Source of the DNA: Candidatus Heimdallarchaeota archaeon
Lineage (GTDB): Archaea; Asgardarchaeota; Heimdallarchaeia; JABLTI01
Length of the DNA: 64,000 nt
NCBI GenBank assembly: GCA_019056785.1
Contig: DXJV01000006.1
Location: forward strand, 1-64,000
Reading direction: 5' to 3'
How positions within the stretch are numbered: position 1 is the stretch's first letter; each line of letters begins with the position of its first letter. The notes below the pieces were generated by a model. That model saw only the letters and a program-made list of their open reading frames with translations. It did not search any database and was not told the origin of the DNA. A program made the position numbers and the translations under genes. Below, piece by piece: positions 38,420-48,476 of the stretch.

Positions 38420-39148
38420 ATGCCGGTGTTAAATAAAGATAAATTGGCTAGGTTAATATCCTATTGCATTGGGAGCACAGTTCCAAAGACTGACCCATTG
38501 GTTGTTGCAGTTGAGTCCGAAGGGAGAAAGAATAAATATGCCTTTATGGGTGCGTTTACTTTGCGGGGACTTGATATGGACCGTGTTATTGCATTGACGC
38601 TCCCGAAGAAAGCCTCACCGGATGGCTTACTCCATTATCTCTTTATCTGGGTTTCCAATGAAAATGCTTCGGTGAATAACGAAAAGGCTTATGCCACTCT
38701 CCAGATTAAATCTATTGAGCCCACTCAGTTTTCCCTTCGTGGCTCCCCAGATGATTTTGTTAAAGTTTTAGGCGAAAGCTCGATGATTCAGAGCATCCTG
38801 GTCGACCTGGTGGATGATTTACGATGTTTAGAAGGATTTACCATTTATAATCGAGAGGGCTCACAAAAAGATGCCGTTGTGCAGATTCCTAAAGAACTTA
38901 TAACTACACGTTTTATTGTTCAAACAAGGATCGCTGAGGAAGCGACAAATCCCACGGGAGGAAAATTGGAACGAATGGAAATGGCTTTGCCTCAATTAAT
39001 TGACTTGGCAAATTACTCGATCATGACCGGTCTTAAAATGTTTGGGCCTATGGATGACTTTTCCAATTTCTGCCCAGCGTGCGGCAAAAAACTTCCACAT
39101 GGCAAGAATAAATTCTGCGTTAATTGTGGTGCTAAACTCCAGGAATAA
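38420..39148 (+). CDS. Hypothetical protein with C-terminal zinc ribbon
   Basis: FCPACG...FCVNCG. Confidence 0.75.
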   Translation: MPVLNKDKLARLISYCIGSTVPKTDPLVVAVESEGRKNKYAFMGAFTLRGLDMDRVIALTLPKKASPDGLLHYLFIWVSNENASVNNEKAYATLQIKSIEPTQFSLRGSPDDFVKVLGESSMIQSILVDLVDDLRCLEGFTIYNREGSQKDAVVQIPKELITTRFIVQTRIAEEATNPTGGKLERMEMALPQLIDLANYSIMTGLKMFGPMDDFSNFCPACGKKLPHGKNKFCVNCGAKLQE

Positions 39149-39313
39149 TTACCCTCTTCATCTTTTATTGCAAATTTGTTTTTTTATCCCTTCTCTTTCA
39201 TTAGTCAGTTTACAAATCAAAACAAATGGGTTGTTTGGCAATTGAGATTATTATCGCAAATTACTTAAGCTCTTCCCCCTCATTTTTATTTACTGCTTAA
39301 AGGAAGAATTGGA

Positions 39314-41266
39314 TTGCCAATGCTTTTTGACTTGTTGGATATCTCTGCTAATGGGAAATACGCCAAAGTTGTTATTAATGATACTTCCTTAGTGTTCCCA
39401 ACTCTTCTGACCCTCACTTCAACGAAGGAAAATGACATAAATTGGCTTCTCGGGGACTCGGGCAAAACATTAAGCATAAATCTCCCACCAAGTAGCTTAA
39501 CTCAAGAGGTGTCCAATAAGAAGACAACAATTCAATTTGTTGCCAACATCTTAATGCACGAGCCACTTCAAGTTAGTTTTGTTTTAAATAATTTACAGAA
39601 AACAACTGCCCTCATTGCTGATAGGCTTAAAATTGTCCCCCCAGAAAATGCGCTGGTTATGCTACAGCCTAATATCAATCCTGAAATATTGGATGCTGTT
39701 ACAAAAACCATAACAAAATACAAGATTCGGCATGTGGGTATAACAAACTTTACCCCATTATTAAACACCCCCCGTAAAGCTTTGGAATTTATACTCCGGT
39801 TGCGACAACTACTGCCTCTTGATACCTTACTCTATCTATTTTCACCTGTTCCCCATACTGTTGTCCCTATTCTGAGCTATTGTGGGGTGGATGCATTTAA
39901 TAGTGGGTACGTTTGGTTAGCCACAAAATCGGGCTTATATTTAACAGCAGCGGGAGCTTTACCGCTTACTCAGCTCTCTGAGAAAATTTGCTCTTGCAAA
40001 ATTTGTGCTGACTTGCCTATTTCTGACTTACAAAAGGCTCTCCTGGAAAACAATGCCGCCGGGCTTGATGAGCACAATATGCTTATTTATCAAGCTAAAG
40101 TTCGGGAGGTTAGGTATGCACTCAAGCAAAAAGACCTGCGAAGCTATGTTGAGCAAAATCTCTTTGATACTTTTACTGCAACTGCTTTGCGGCTGCTGGA
40201 TAGTTCATGGACTGACATGCTCATCTCCAGAACTGCCACTTGGTTATCAACACCCATATATCACCTAACACCCCTGAGTTATTATCGTCCTGCAGTGCAG
40301 GCCTTTCAAAGAAGGGTTAGGGAACGATTTGACATATTGCCGTACAAAAAAATTGTTGTTATTTTCCCGTGTTCTGCTCGAAAGCCTTATTCTTTCTCAA
40401 AAAGCCATCGAAAATTCCTCGAGGTTATTAACAGCTTGCCAAAAGATAAACAAGCCTATATTCAACAATTGATTCTAACTTCGCCATTGGGTGTTATCCC
40501 TCGTGAGCTTGAATTGGTCTATCCTGCAGCACATTATGACATTCCGGTAACAGGTTTATGGTCAGAAGAAGAAAAGGCTATAGCCGTTCAACAATTAACT
40601 TCCGTTCTTTTAAAAGCTCGGAAACAAAAACCAATTGTCATTGCTCATGTGAGTGATGAATATTTAACCCTTTGTCAAGAAGCAGAACAGAAATTAAAAA
40701 CAACTTTTGTTTACACTGCTGCAGGCAGTAAACCAACGGCATTTCAAGCTTTGGCTAATTTGAAAAAAACATTACTTGCCAAAATAGCAGATTCACCCCC
40801 CCATCAATATAATAAGGACCTGGAGTTTGTTCGTGCTTTAAGCGATTATCAATTCGGCTTGGGAATTGGTGAAAAATTATTTCCGGAGCCGGTAACGTTG
40901 AAGCAAAAACCCAACCAGAATATTTTTCTTTTCAAAGGGAAGAATCGTATTGGTGTTATCCATCACAGAACAGGACAACTGATGCTAACAGTACCTATGG
41001 GTATGGCCCTCGCGAAACAGAAGAAATATTATTTAAAATTACATGGAGAGGAGTTAAAGGGTTCGACCATCTTTGCTGTTGGTGTTTTTGAAGCTGATCC
41101 TGAGATCCGTCCTTCAGATGGGGTTGTTATTTTAAACGAAAAAGATGAGTTGCTTGGTGTTGGGGTGGCTTCGCTCTCGGGAAGCGATATGGTATCCATG
41201 TCCTCTGGTAGAGCAGCAAAAGTAAAAACAAAGGTGAAATCCTTAACGAAAGCCCATTCAGGATGA
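39314..41266 (+). CDS. arcS: Archaeosine synthase (TGT-like + DUF5591 + PUA)
   Basis: CSCKIC/HN Zn site, PCSARKPYSFSKSH, TSPLGVIPRELE, YDIPVTG, DYQFG, PUA. Confidence 0.9.
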   Translation: MPMLFDLLDISANGKYAKVVINDTSLVFPTLLTLTSTKENDINWLLGDSGKTLSINLPPSSLTQEVSNKKTTIQFVANILMHEPLQVSFVLNNLQKTTALIADRLKIVPPENALVMLQPNINPEILDAVTKTITKYKIRHVGITNFTPLLNTPRKALEFILRLRQLLPLDTLLYLFSPVPHTVVPILSYCGVDAFNSGYVWLATKSGLYLTAAGALPLTQLSEKICSCKICADLPISDLQKALLENNAAGLDEHNMLIYQAKVREVRYALKQKDLRSYVEQNLFDTFTATALRLLDSSWTDMLISRTATWLSTPIYHLTPLSYYRPAVQAFQRRVRERFDILPYKKIVVIFPCSARKPYSFSKSHRKFLEVINSLPKDKQAYIQQLILTSPLGVIPRELELVYPAAHYDIPVTGLWSEEEKAIAVQQLTSVLLKARKQKPIVIAHVSDEYLTLCQEAEQKLKTTFVYTAAGSKPTAFQALANLKKTLLAKIADSPPHQYNKDLEFVRALSDYQFGLGIGEKLFPEPVTLKQKPNQNIFLFKGKNRIGVIHHRTGQLMLTVPMGMALAKQKKYYLKLHGEELKGSTIFAVGVFEADPEIRPSDGVVILNEKDELLGVGVASLSGSDMVSMSSGRAAKVKTKVKSLTKAHSG

Positions 41267-41272
41267 ATTGCC

Positions 41273-42388
41273 ATGGAACGACCTGTTGGAATGTTCAGCC
41301 CACAAATTTACCAAATCAGAAAAACGGCTCTTATAAGCAGAAAGGCTTTTGCAGCCGATAAGTTTATCGCTTCATGGATTGAGAAGGAGCGTCTTTTAAC
41401 AGGCATTGGCAACGCCCTTGTTGTTATCCTTAACTCTCCTGGTTGCCAGTGGGGTTTGGGCTCTGAAGGAGGTTGCAGCATGTGTGGCTATTCAAATGAG
41501 ACAAGTGAGGGGATTACTGCTGAAAACCTTGTAGCACAATTTACACAAGCACTTCAAGCAAATGCCGGGAAAAAATTCCAAAGTGTCAAGATCTTTAATG
41601 CTGGTAGTTTTTTAGATGAAAAGGAAATTCCCCGCACAGCCCAAGAAGTTATTTTCAGACACATCAGTGAAATCCCTTTTGTTCAAGAAATAGTTATTGA
41701 ATCTCGGCCGGAGTTTGTTACTGCATCGGCGCTCAAACGATTAACAACCATTTTACAACCCGAACAAATCCTCGAGGTTGGTATTGGTCTGGAATCAAGT
41801 TCAGATCAAATTCGCATTCATAATATTAACAAGGGTTTTTTATTTGCTGACTTCCAAAAAGCAGTGGCAATCGCATTAGCTCAAAAAGTACGCGTCAAAA
41901 CATACTTGCTCTTAAAACCCCCCTTTTTAACAGAAAAGGAAGCAATCGCCGACGCTATCCAATCAGCAATTGATGCCATTAAAGCTGGCTCACGGTCCAT
42001 ATCAATAAATCCTGTGAATATTCAAACCGGCACATTGGTTTCAGTTCTATGGAAAGCGGGGCTTTATCGTTCTCCGTGGTTTTGGAGTTTGAAAACAGTG
42101 ATTCAAACCCTATGGAAAAGAATAGCCGAAGAAAATCTCACGGCAAGTGTTGATCGCATTGTTTCGGACCCCTCCGGTGCGGGAACACAGAAAGGCATTC
42201 ACAATTGCCGTCTTTGCAATAGAACTGCCAGCAAACTCGTGAAGGAATATTCCCTCCAACAAGACCCCGCAATCCTGAATGAGTTGCACTGCAGCTGCCA
42301 TTCGCTCTGGAAGGAACTCCTCGAGCAAGAAGAAGCAACACGTGACTTTTCACTTCATTTCTTTGAACGTTCAATTAACCAAAACTAA
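41273..42388 (+). CDS. Archaeosine biosynthesis radical SAM protein RaSEA
   Basis: GCQW...GGCSMCGY, ESRPE, IGLES, INKG, YLLLKPPFL, GIHNC; follows arcS. Confidence 0.9.
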   Translation: MERPVGMFSPQIYQIRKTALISRKAFAADKFIASWIEKERLLTGIGNALVVILNSPGCQWGLGSEGGCSMCGYSNETSEGITAENLVAQFTQALQANAGKKFQSVKIFNAGSFLDEKEIPRTAQEVIFRHISEIPFVQEIVIESRPEFVTASALKRLTTILQPEQILEVGIGLESSSDQIRIHNINKGFLFADFQKAVAIALAQKVRVKTYLLLKPPFLTEKEAIADAIQSAIDAIKAGSRSISINPVNIQTGTLVSVLWKAGLYRSPWFWSLKTVIQTLWKRIAEENLTASVDRIVSDPSGAGTQKGIHNCRLCNRTASKLVKEYSLQQDPAILNELHCSCHSLWKELLEQEEATRDFSLHFFERSINQN

Positions 42389-42456
42389 TCAGAGACTGAA
42401 ATAACCTTTTTAACGAAAAATAGAAAGGTTTTATTGAAGGTCCAGACATTCAAACG

Positions 42457-43065
42457 GTGGGAACAATCATTAAACTCAAAATCCTTGACTTTAACGAAAA
42501 ACATTCTTATGACGGCTCGCAGATCAAACCCCTGTGGGCCCTGAGCACGCTTAAGCTAAGTGGTAATTCTATTGTAGTGTTTCGCGGAGCTATGCGCATT
42601 GAGCAGTCAGAAATGGTCGATGCTCAAGATATTGTTCGCGAACAAGCTTTGGCTGACATTCTTATATCCGGTGATGATTGTATTCATTTTATCATCGAGA
42701 TGTTTGACACACAACCCGCAAGTCTCAAGCTTGCTTACCATCGTTTGCATCTCTTGGCCCATATTGCTCAAAAGGTAATTGAAGAAACCGCCGGGGTTAA
42801 GTTAGAGAAAAAGGGAACTGACCTTTATTGCGAGAAACGAAAATTAAATGTTGGAATTGCCACTTGTGCAAACAATTCAGCAAAAATCCATTTCGGATTA
42901 AATGTCGTTTCTTCCGGCGTCCCAAAACACGTTCAAGCAGTTGGTTTAAACGAATTGACAGATAAACCTCTCAAACTCGAGGAAATAGGAAAGAAGATTG
43001 CTGAAGAGTTTATAATTGAAATAGACCAGATTGAAAACGACATTGTTAAAACGAGGACTTTTTAA
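42457..43065 (+). CDS. DUF366 family protein
   Basis: YDGSQI.PLWA, IVVFRG, EMVD, HFIIE, GTDLY, KLNVGIAT, IHFGLN. Confidence 0.88.
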   Translation: MGTIIKLKILDFNEKHSYDGSQIKPLWALSTLKLSGNSIVVFRGAMRIEQSEMVDAQDIVREQALADILISGDDCIHFIIEMFDTQPASLKLAYHRLHLLAHIAQKVIEETAGVKLEKKGTDLYCEKRKLNVGIATCANNSAKIHFGLNVVSSGVPKHVQAVGLNELTDKPLKLEEIGKKIAEEFIIEIDQIENDIVKTRTF

Positions 43066-43075
43066 TGGAGTTGTT

Positions 43076-43537
43076 ATGACCATGCCTTTTGAAATTGATT
43101 TTGAAGATGTTCGTATCGGCTTTGCTTCAGCTCATTTTATTGTCGGACACGACAAGTGTGGACATCTACATGGCCATAACTATTTTGTGAGGGTTAATAT
43201 TAAAGGCACATTAAACGAGGAGCATATGATCCTCGATTATGGTATTTTAAAAGATGTCTTGCGCAAATTGGTGAAGCCTTTTGATCATCATCTCCTCGTT
43301 CCCACAAAAGCTCAGGGATTGCAACTAGCTGAGAAAGAGGATGCTTTGGAAATTATATCCTGCGGGAAGCGTTATTTAATCCCTAAAGAAGATGTCTTCT
43401 TACTCCCCCTCGAAGCAACAACGGCAGAAGAGCTGGCGAAATATTTTCATCAAGAACTGAAAAGCCTTTGGCCCTCTTTCCATTTCAAGGTTTCTGTGGA
43501 AGAAACCCCCGGCGCAAGTGCCACATATTATGAGTGA
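43076..43537 (+). CDS. queD: 6-carboxy-5,6,7,8-tetrahydropterin synthase
   Basis: FASAHF, CGHLHGHNY (CxxxHGH), FDH, TTAE, EETPG; within the archaeosine cluster. Confidence 0.85.
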   Translation: MTMPFEIDFEDVRIGFASAHFIVGHDKCGHLHGHNYFVRVNIKGTLNEEHMILDYGILKDVLRKLVKPFDHHLLVPTKAQGLQLAEKEDALEIISCGKRYLIPKEDVFLLPLEATTAEELAKYFHQELKSLWPSFHFKVSVEETPGASATYYE

Positions 43538-43619
43538 GATCTTCTTTTTCTTTCTTAACAAAGAACTTTAATTCTCAGTAAACGAAATACTAGCTATTAT
43601 CCTATAGGAGTAACTCTCT

Positions 43620-44384
43620 TTGGAACTGTTCCCCTTAAGTACCCCTCTTGTGACAACAAATGATGACTTATTTGAGATTATTTTACAAGCGCTAAAGAAG
43701 GCCAATATCCATTTGCAAGAAGGCGATGTTCTTACAATTGCGACTAAAATAGTAAGTATCACCTCTGGATTGCTTATTAAAAAAGATGACATTGTTGTCT
43801 CTGAAGAAGCAAAAAAGTATGCGGAAATAACTCGCCTCGCCCCTGAATTCATGGAGGTGGCGATTCGGGAATCTGATGAGGTCCTCGGTGCTTGCTATGG
43901 TGCTTTGCTAACCCGCAAAAATGGGAACATGATGCCAAACGCCGGAGCTGACCAGAGCAATGCTCCAGAAGGAACGATCATCATTCTCCCTCCCAACCCC
44001 TCTGAAATTGCTCATCAAATCCGCGCACAGTTAGAAGAGCATTTCCACTGTCGAATTGGCGTCATCATTGGTGACAGCCGTGTGCAACCATTGCGACGCG
44101 GCACCAGCGGGCTTGCATTGGGTGTTTCTGGTTTTGTCCCAGTTATTGATGATCGTGGTCGAAAGGATTTATATGGAAGAGAAATGCGCATCACTCGTCG
44201 GGCAATTGCAGATAATTTGATGTCTGCAGCAGAAATTCTGTCCGGTGAAGTAGATGAAAAGATCCCTCTCGTTCTTATCCGGGGTGCGCCCATTATTTTG
44301 ACCGAAGAGGATCTAACTGCAACAATGTCTATTGATCCAAGTGAATGCATGTATTTCAGCACGTTTCTGGCCAAAAAAAACTGA
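43620..44384 (+). CDS. cofE: Coenzyme F420-0:L-glutamate ligase
   Basis: KIVS, NAGADQSN, IGDS...PLRRG, DLYGR, ADNL, GE..E.IP. Confidence 0.92.
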   Translation: MELFPLSTPLVTTNDDLFEIILQALKKANIHLQEGDVLTIATKIVSITSGLLIKKDDIVVSEEAKKYAEITRLAPEFMEVAIRESDEVLGACYGALLTRKNGNMMPNAGADQSNAPEGTIIILPPNPSEIAHQIRAQLEEHFHCRIGVIIGDSRVQPLRRGTSGLALGVSGFVPVIDDRGRKDLYGREMRITRRAIADNLMSAAEILSGEVDEKIPLVLIRGAPIILTEEDLTATMSIDPSECMYFSTFLAKKN

Positions 44385-45095
44385 TTGGCCCAACACTTGT
44401 CAGGTGAAATACCTTTGGAGATAGCTTTTGTGGAAAAAGTAGCACGTATTATCCAAGAATTAGATAAACATTATGGCAAAAAAGTTTGGTCGCGTTGGCG
44501 TGAGCCTGTAGATGAATTAGTTAGAACAATTCTTTCTCAAAATACGACAGATAAAAACAGCCTTCGGGCTTTTGCAAATTTAAAAAAACGATTTGAAACA
44601 TGGGAAGAGCTCCTCCAAGCAGATGAAGAAGACATTATTCAAGAAATCAAATCTGGCGGCTTGGCAAACATCAAAGCAAGGAAGATTAAAGGCTGTCTGA
44701 CTGAAATAAAAAAAAGGGAAGGGCGGATTGACCTCGAGATTCTTGCAAAAAAGCCCGTGCCTGAAGCGCTCGATTATCTTCTCTCATTAGATGGTGTGGG
44801 ACCAAAGACAGCAGCTTGTGTCTTGATTTTCTCCTTTAATTCACCTATCCTCCCTGTTGATACCCACATCCATAGATTAAGCAATCGCTTAGGTATTGTC
44901 CAAACAAACTCGCGAGGGAAAACCCAGGAATTATTACAAAAAATCATCCCTGACAAAGACAAATACAGTTTCCATCTTAATCTTATAGAACATGGGCGAA
45001 AAGTCTGCAAGGCACAGAAGCCATTGTGTTTTGACTGTTTTCTCAGAGAACTATGCTCTTATTATCAGAATCTACAACCCGGCACCCCTAGTTAG
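44385..45095 (+). CDS. nth: Endonuclease III (HhH-GPD, 4Fe-4S)
   Basis: ILSQNTTD, LDGVGPKTA, PVDTH, C-X6-C-X2-C-X5-C. Confidence 0.92.
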   Translation: MAQHLSGEIPLEIAFVEKVARIIQELDKHYGKKVWSRWREPVDELVRTILSQNTTDKNSLRAFANLKKRFETWEELLQADEEDIIQEIKSGGLANIKARKIKGCLTEIKKREGRIDLEILAKKPVPEALDYLLSLDGVGPKTAACVLIFSFNSPILPVDTHIHRLSNRLGIVQTNSRGKTQELLQKIIPDKDKYSFHLNLIEHGRKVCKAQKPLCFDCFLRELCSYYQNLQPGTPS

Positions 45096-45193
45096 TTAAA
45101 GATTACCACAACGAAAGGAAAGCTAATTAAGAATGAAAAAACCATATGTGTACAAATTTTATCTTATGTTGAAATCATCGGAAGGACACAAAA

Positions 45194-45691
45194 GTGTACT
45201 ATCAATCGCCCGTTTTAACTCTTCAAAAAATCACTTCGACAACATTTCTCAATTGGTTTTTGCCAGCGTTAGGGATCATCGCCGCAGTTTTAGTTGTGAT
45301 TTTCATCTGGCGGTATTTAAAACATAGCAACCAAGCTGGGAGAATTTCAGAATTCGACGAACGAGCTTTTAAAAAGATCGTAAAGGAGGAAAGTAGTCAC
45401 CAACTCCCCTTCTGCTCAGACTGTAATTTACCCATGAGACTTGAAACTACTTACAAGGATTTCCTCCATGACCAGGGCGAGTTTCTCATCTACCGGCTCA
45501 CATTAGAAGAAACGTTGACAAATCTTGTAAAAAGTGAACGTATAACCACTGATGATGAAAGCAAGATTCACCAGTTTTTTGATGAGCATCCCAACAGTAC
45601 TGAACATCTTTTCCGACGCTATAAATGTCCTAATTGTTCAAAAGTTGTTGTCCTTCCCTATTCGGTTGCAAAAGAACAGAAAAAGAGTTAG
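45194..45691 (+). CDS. Membrane-anchored protein with split zinc ribbon
   Basis: N-terminal TM; CSDC ... CPNC separated by about 70 aa. Confidence 0.65.
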   Translation: MYYQSPVLTLQKITSTTFLNWFLPALGIIAAVLVVIFIWRYLKHSNQAGRISEFDERAFKKIVKEESSHQLPFCSDCNLPMRLETTYKDFLHDQGEFLIYRLTLEETLTNLVKSERITTDDESKIHQFFDEHPNSTEHLFRRYKCPNCSKVVVLPYSVAKEQKKS

Positions 45692-45770
45692 AAGCAAATT
45701 CACTCAATTACCGTAACAATTTTAACTCTTAGGGTTATCTGATAGCTGATTTCATTAAGGAGAAAAATAA

Positions 45771-46736
45771 ATGGATCCACTTTCAGTATTCTTTTTGTTA
45801 ATCCCAATTGGTCTGGCAGTCGGAATTTTTGCGGCAATCACTGGCTTGGGTGGGGGGGTTTTAATGGTCCCTATCATTTATCTGGGTATTTTTCTCTTGA
45901 CTAACCCTGCAGTGCCTGACCATTTGAAATATGCCACAACAATTTCCAGCACTGTTATAATTTTCACAGCAATTTCCGGTACAATCGCTTTCTCAATTCA
46001 GAAACGGATAGATTATCTTGTTGGGGTTCTTTGTGCACCCTTTACTATTACCGGAGCCTATCTTGGGAAATATACCCAAGCAATCATAGATGAGACATAT
46101 GTGTTAATCTTTTTTGCGATTTTATTGTTCCTAACAGCAGTGCGGATGTATTATAAAGTCATTAATTCAAGGCGAAAAGCAAAACAAGCTGCAAATTCTG
46201 CTGCGGCAAAGGAACAATCTGATGAGCTCAGCTCAACCAACAAAGCCGAGGAGCACAAAGAGGAACCAAATCGTTTTCTTAAGGCGCTGGACAAAATGAC
46301 CTTAAAACGAGTCGTCAGTGACAGATCCGATCAAGAATGGCGCTATGCCGCTCGCCTTTATCTCACGCCACTCGCCATTGTAGGTGGTTTTGTTGCAAGT
46401 ATGGCCGGTGTTGGTGGAGGGATAGTTATGGTTCCTATTTTACATATAATTATTGGTCTCCCCATTCATTTCTCCACGGCAACTTCTGTTTTCATTATGA
46501 TTTTCACAAAGACAACCACTGTTATTACCTCCTACACAAACTCTAATATTGTCACAGAGGGCATCTGGTGGCCATATGTTGCAGGCTTGGCTATCGGTAT
46601 AGTTGCAGGGGCTCAAATCGGTGCTCGGGTGGCTCGGAAAATTAAGGCTGACCCGTTGAAAATCATCTTCGCAACTGTGATTGTTCTCGTTAGTATCTGG
46701 ACCTTGGTGAATTGGCGGCTGGGAATAACTGGTTGA
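45771..46736 (+). CDS. Sulfite exporter TauE/SafE (TSUP) family
   Basis: GLGGGVLMVP and GVGGGIVMVP repeats, ATS, GAQIGA. Confidence 0.9.
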   Translation: MDPLSVFFLLIPIGLAVGIFAAITGLGGGVLMVPIIYLGIFLLTNPAVPDHLKYATTISSTVIIFTAISGTIAFSIQKRIDYLVGVLCAPFTITGAYLGKYTQAIIDETYVLIFFAILLFLTAVRMYYKVINSRRKAKQAANSAAAKEQSDELSSTNKAEEHKEEPNRFLKALDKMTLKRVVSDRSDQEWRYAARLYLTPLAIVGGFVASMAGVGGGIVMVPILHIIIGLPIHFSTATSVFIMIFTKTTTVITSYTNSNIVTEGIWWPYVAGLAIGIVAGAQIGARVARKIKADPLKIIFATVIVLVSIWTLVNWRLGITG

Positions 46737-46852
46737 ACTATTCCCTTTTTCCTTTTAAGAAACAATTATTAACCAATAGCTATTTCTCAAAGAAATAGAC
46801 AATCCTTAATAGTAACAATTGAAATCGTAATGATAATGGATAGAATGGAAAA

Positions 46853-47272
46853 ATGGCTGAAGTCACGGATTTACACGTTTTGGCAAAAATGGCTCAGGGT
46901 TCGCCAAACGAAGAAGATGCCTTTGTAATTAGGAATGAAAATGGGGAAATTATAACTGTTGTACACAATCTCCGTGAGCTTGTAGATGCATTGTCAGATT
47001 TAAACGCTGAACAAATCTTCCCAAGCCTGTGCACTGAAGAGAATGGGGAGCTTGTCTGCTCTCTTGCACTCTGGGTTCACTATGTTTTAGGAGATGCGAT
47101 ACTCTCAGCAAAAATCTTTAATCTTGTTGAAGAATTCCGTGACGAACCAAAGAAGCTGAAAGTAGAAGTTTTCAATTTGTGTTTTAATCGCTTTTTAAAT
47201 TTCCTCGAGTTAATTGATCAAACAGAACCACTGGAACTATTTGGTGAGGAGGTTCTCCCAAGCGATTTATAA
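46853..47272 (+). CDS. DUF5752-like protein
   Basis: HNLRELVDAL ... LALWVHYVLGD.ILS pattern. Confidence 0.55.
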   Translation: MAEVTDLHVLAKMAQGSPNEEDAFVIRNENGEIITVVHNLRELVDALSDLNAEQIFPSLCTEENGELVCSLALWVHYVLGDAILSAKIFNLVEEFRDEPKKLKVEVFNLCFNRFLNFLELIDQTEPLELFGEEVLPSDL

Positions 47273-47333
47273 AAGCCTTTGGCAAAACGATTATCAATCA
47301 TTTTGTTCAATAACCATTTAGTGAAAATCAAAT

Positions 47334-48473
47334 ATGCCTCATTTTCCTGTCCGCTCAGGAGCCTTCAAGGAATGCCAACTTTGTGGGCAACGGTCACTAG
47401 AGATTTCAGCTAAAATTGGTGTCTGTAAAACCTGTATTCTAACAAATTTCGAGAAAGCTAATGCAATTATTTCTCGCGTGCGCATAAAAGAACGGCAGAA
47501 ATATTCATTACCCCCCACAATCCCTAAAACAACAAAAGGGGTTGTTTGTGGTGATTGTGTTAATGCTTGTAAAATTGCTGAAGGGGAATTTGGTTATTGT
47601 AAATTGGTGACAAATGTTGCCGGTCAATTAGTACGCTTGGCCGGTGATGAAAATCGTGGGCTTTTTAGTTTTTATTATGACCCTTTGCCAACAAATTGTG
47701 TTGCTGAACCGTTTTGTGCTGGTTGTACCTCAAATGATTTCCCAACTTTCTCCTATAGCCGGGGTCCTGAAATTGGCTGGAATAATCTTGCTGTTTTTTA
47801 TCAAGCGTGCACTTATGATTGTTTGTTCTGCCAGAATTACCAATACCGAGAGGGGGTTACTGCTGCTACTTCTTTTCCTCCAAAGGTGCTTGTTAATGCC
47901 CTTAAAACGAACACGAGTTGTATTTGCTTTTTTGGGGGCGATCCAGCTGCACAAATTCGTCATTCAATAGCTGTGGCAAACCTGGCTCGTGAGAAAGCTC
48001 AAAAGCAAAAGCGGATTTTACGCATCTGTTGGGAGACAAACGGTTCCGCACGCCCAGCTTTAATGCGTGAGTGTGCTCAAATAGCTTTGCATTCTGGAGG
48101 AGTGATCAAAATAGACATTAAGGCTTTTTCTGATAAATTGAACATTGCTTTATGTGGTTCTAGTAATAGATTCAGTCTTTACAACTTAAAGGTCATTGGA
48201 AAACAAGTTCAGAAGCGCCCTGACCTTCCCTTGTTGGTGGTGAGCACCCTCCTCATCCCGGGCTATATAGATGTGGAAGAGGTTCGAAAACTGGCACAGT
48301 TTATTGTTGGAATTGACCCCACCATTCCCTTCTCATTGTTGGCATTTTACCCCACATTTATCATGAATGATTTACCAACGACATCGAAAAAACTCGCTTT
48401 TGATTGCCTGGCTGCAGCAAAGGAGGAGGGTTTATCCAATGTACATATTGGTAACATTCATCTTCTTCATTAG
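47334..48473 (+). CDS. Radical SAM protein (PFL-activase/AmmeMemoRadiSam-like)
   Basis: N-terminal Cys clusters, YDPLPTNC, CTYDCLFCQN, FFGGDP, WETNG, GNIHLL. Confidence 0.88.
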   Translation: MPHFPVRSGAFKECQLCGQRSLEISAKIGVCKTCILTNFEKANAIISRVRIKERQKYSLPPTIPKTTKGVVCGDCVNACKIAEGEFGYCKLVTNVAGQLVRLAGDENRGLFSFYYDPLPTNCVAEPFCAGCTSNDFPTFSYSRGPEIGWNNLAVFYQACTYDCLFCQNYQYREGVTAATSFPPKVLVNALKTNTSCICFFGGDPAAQIRHSIAVANLAREKAQKQKRILRICWETNGSARPALMRECAQIALHSGGVIKIDIKAFSDKLNIALCGSSNRFSLYNLKVIGKQVQKRPDLPLLVVSTLLIPGYIDVEEVRKLAQFIVGIDPTIPFSLLAFYPTFIMNDLPTTSKKLAFDCLAAAKEEGLSNVHIGNIHLLH

Positions 48474-48476
48474 CTC

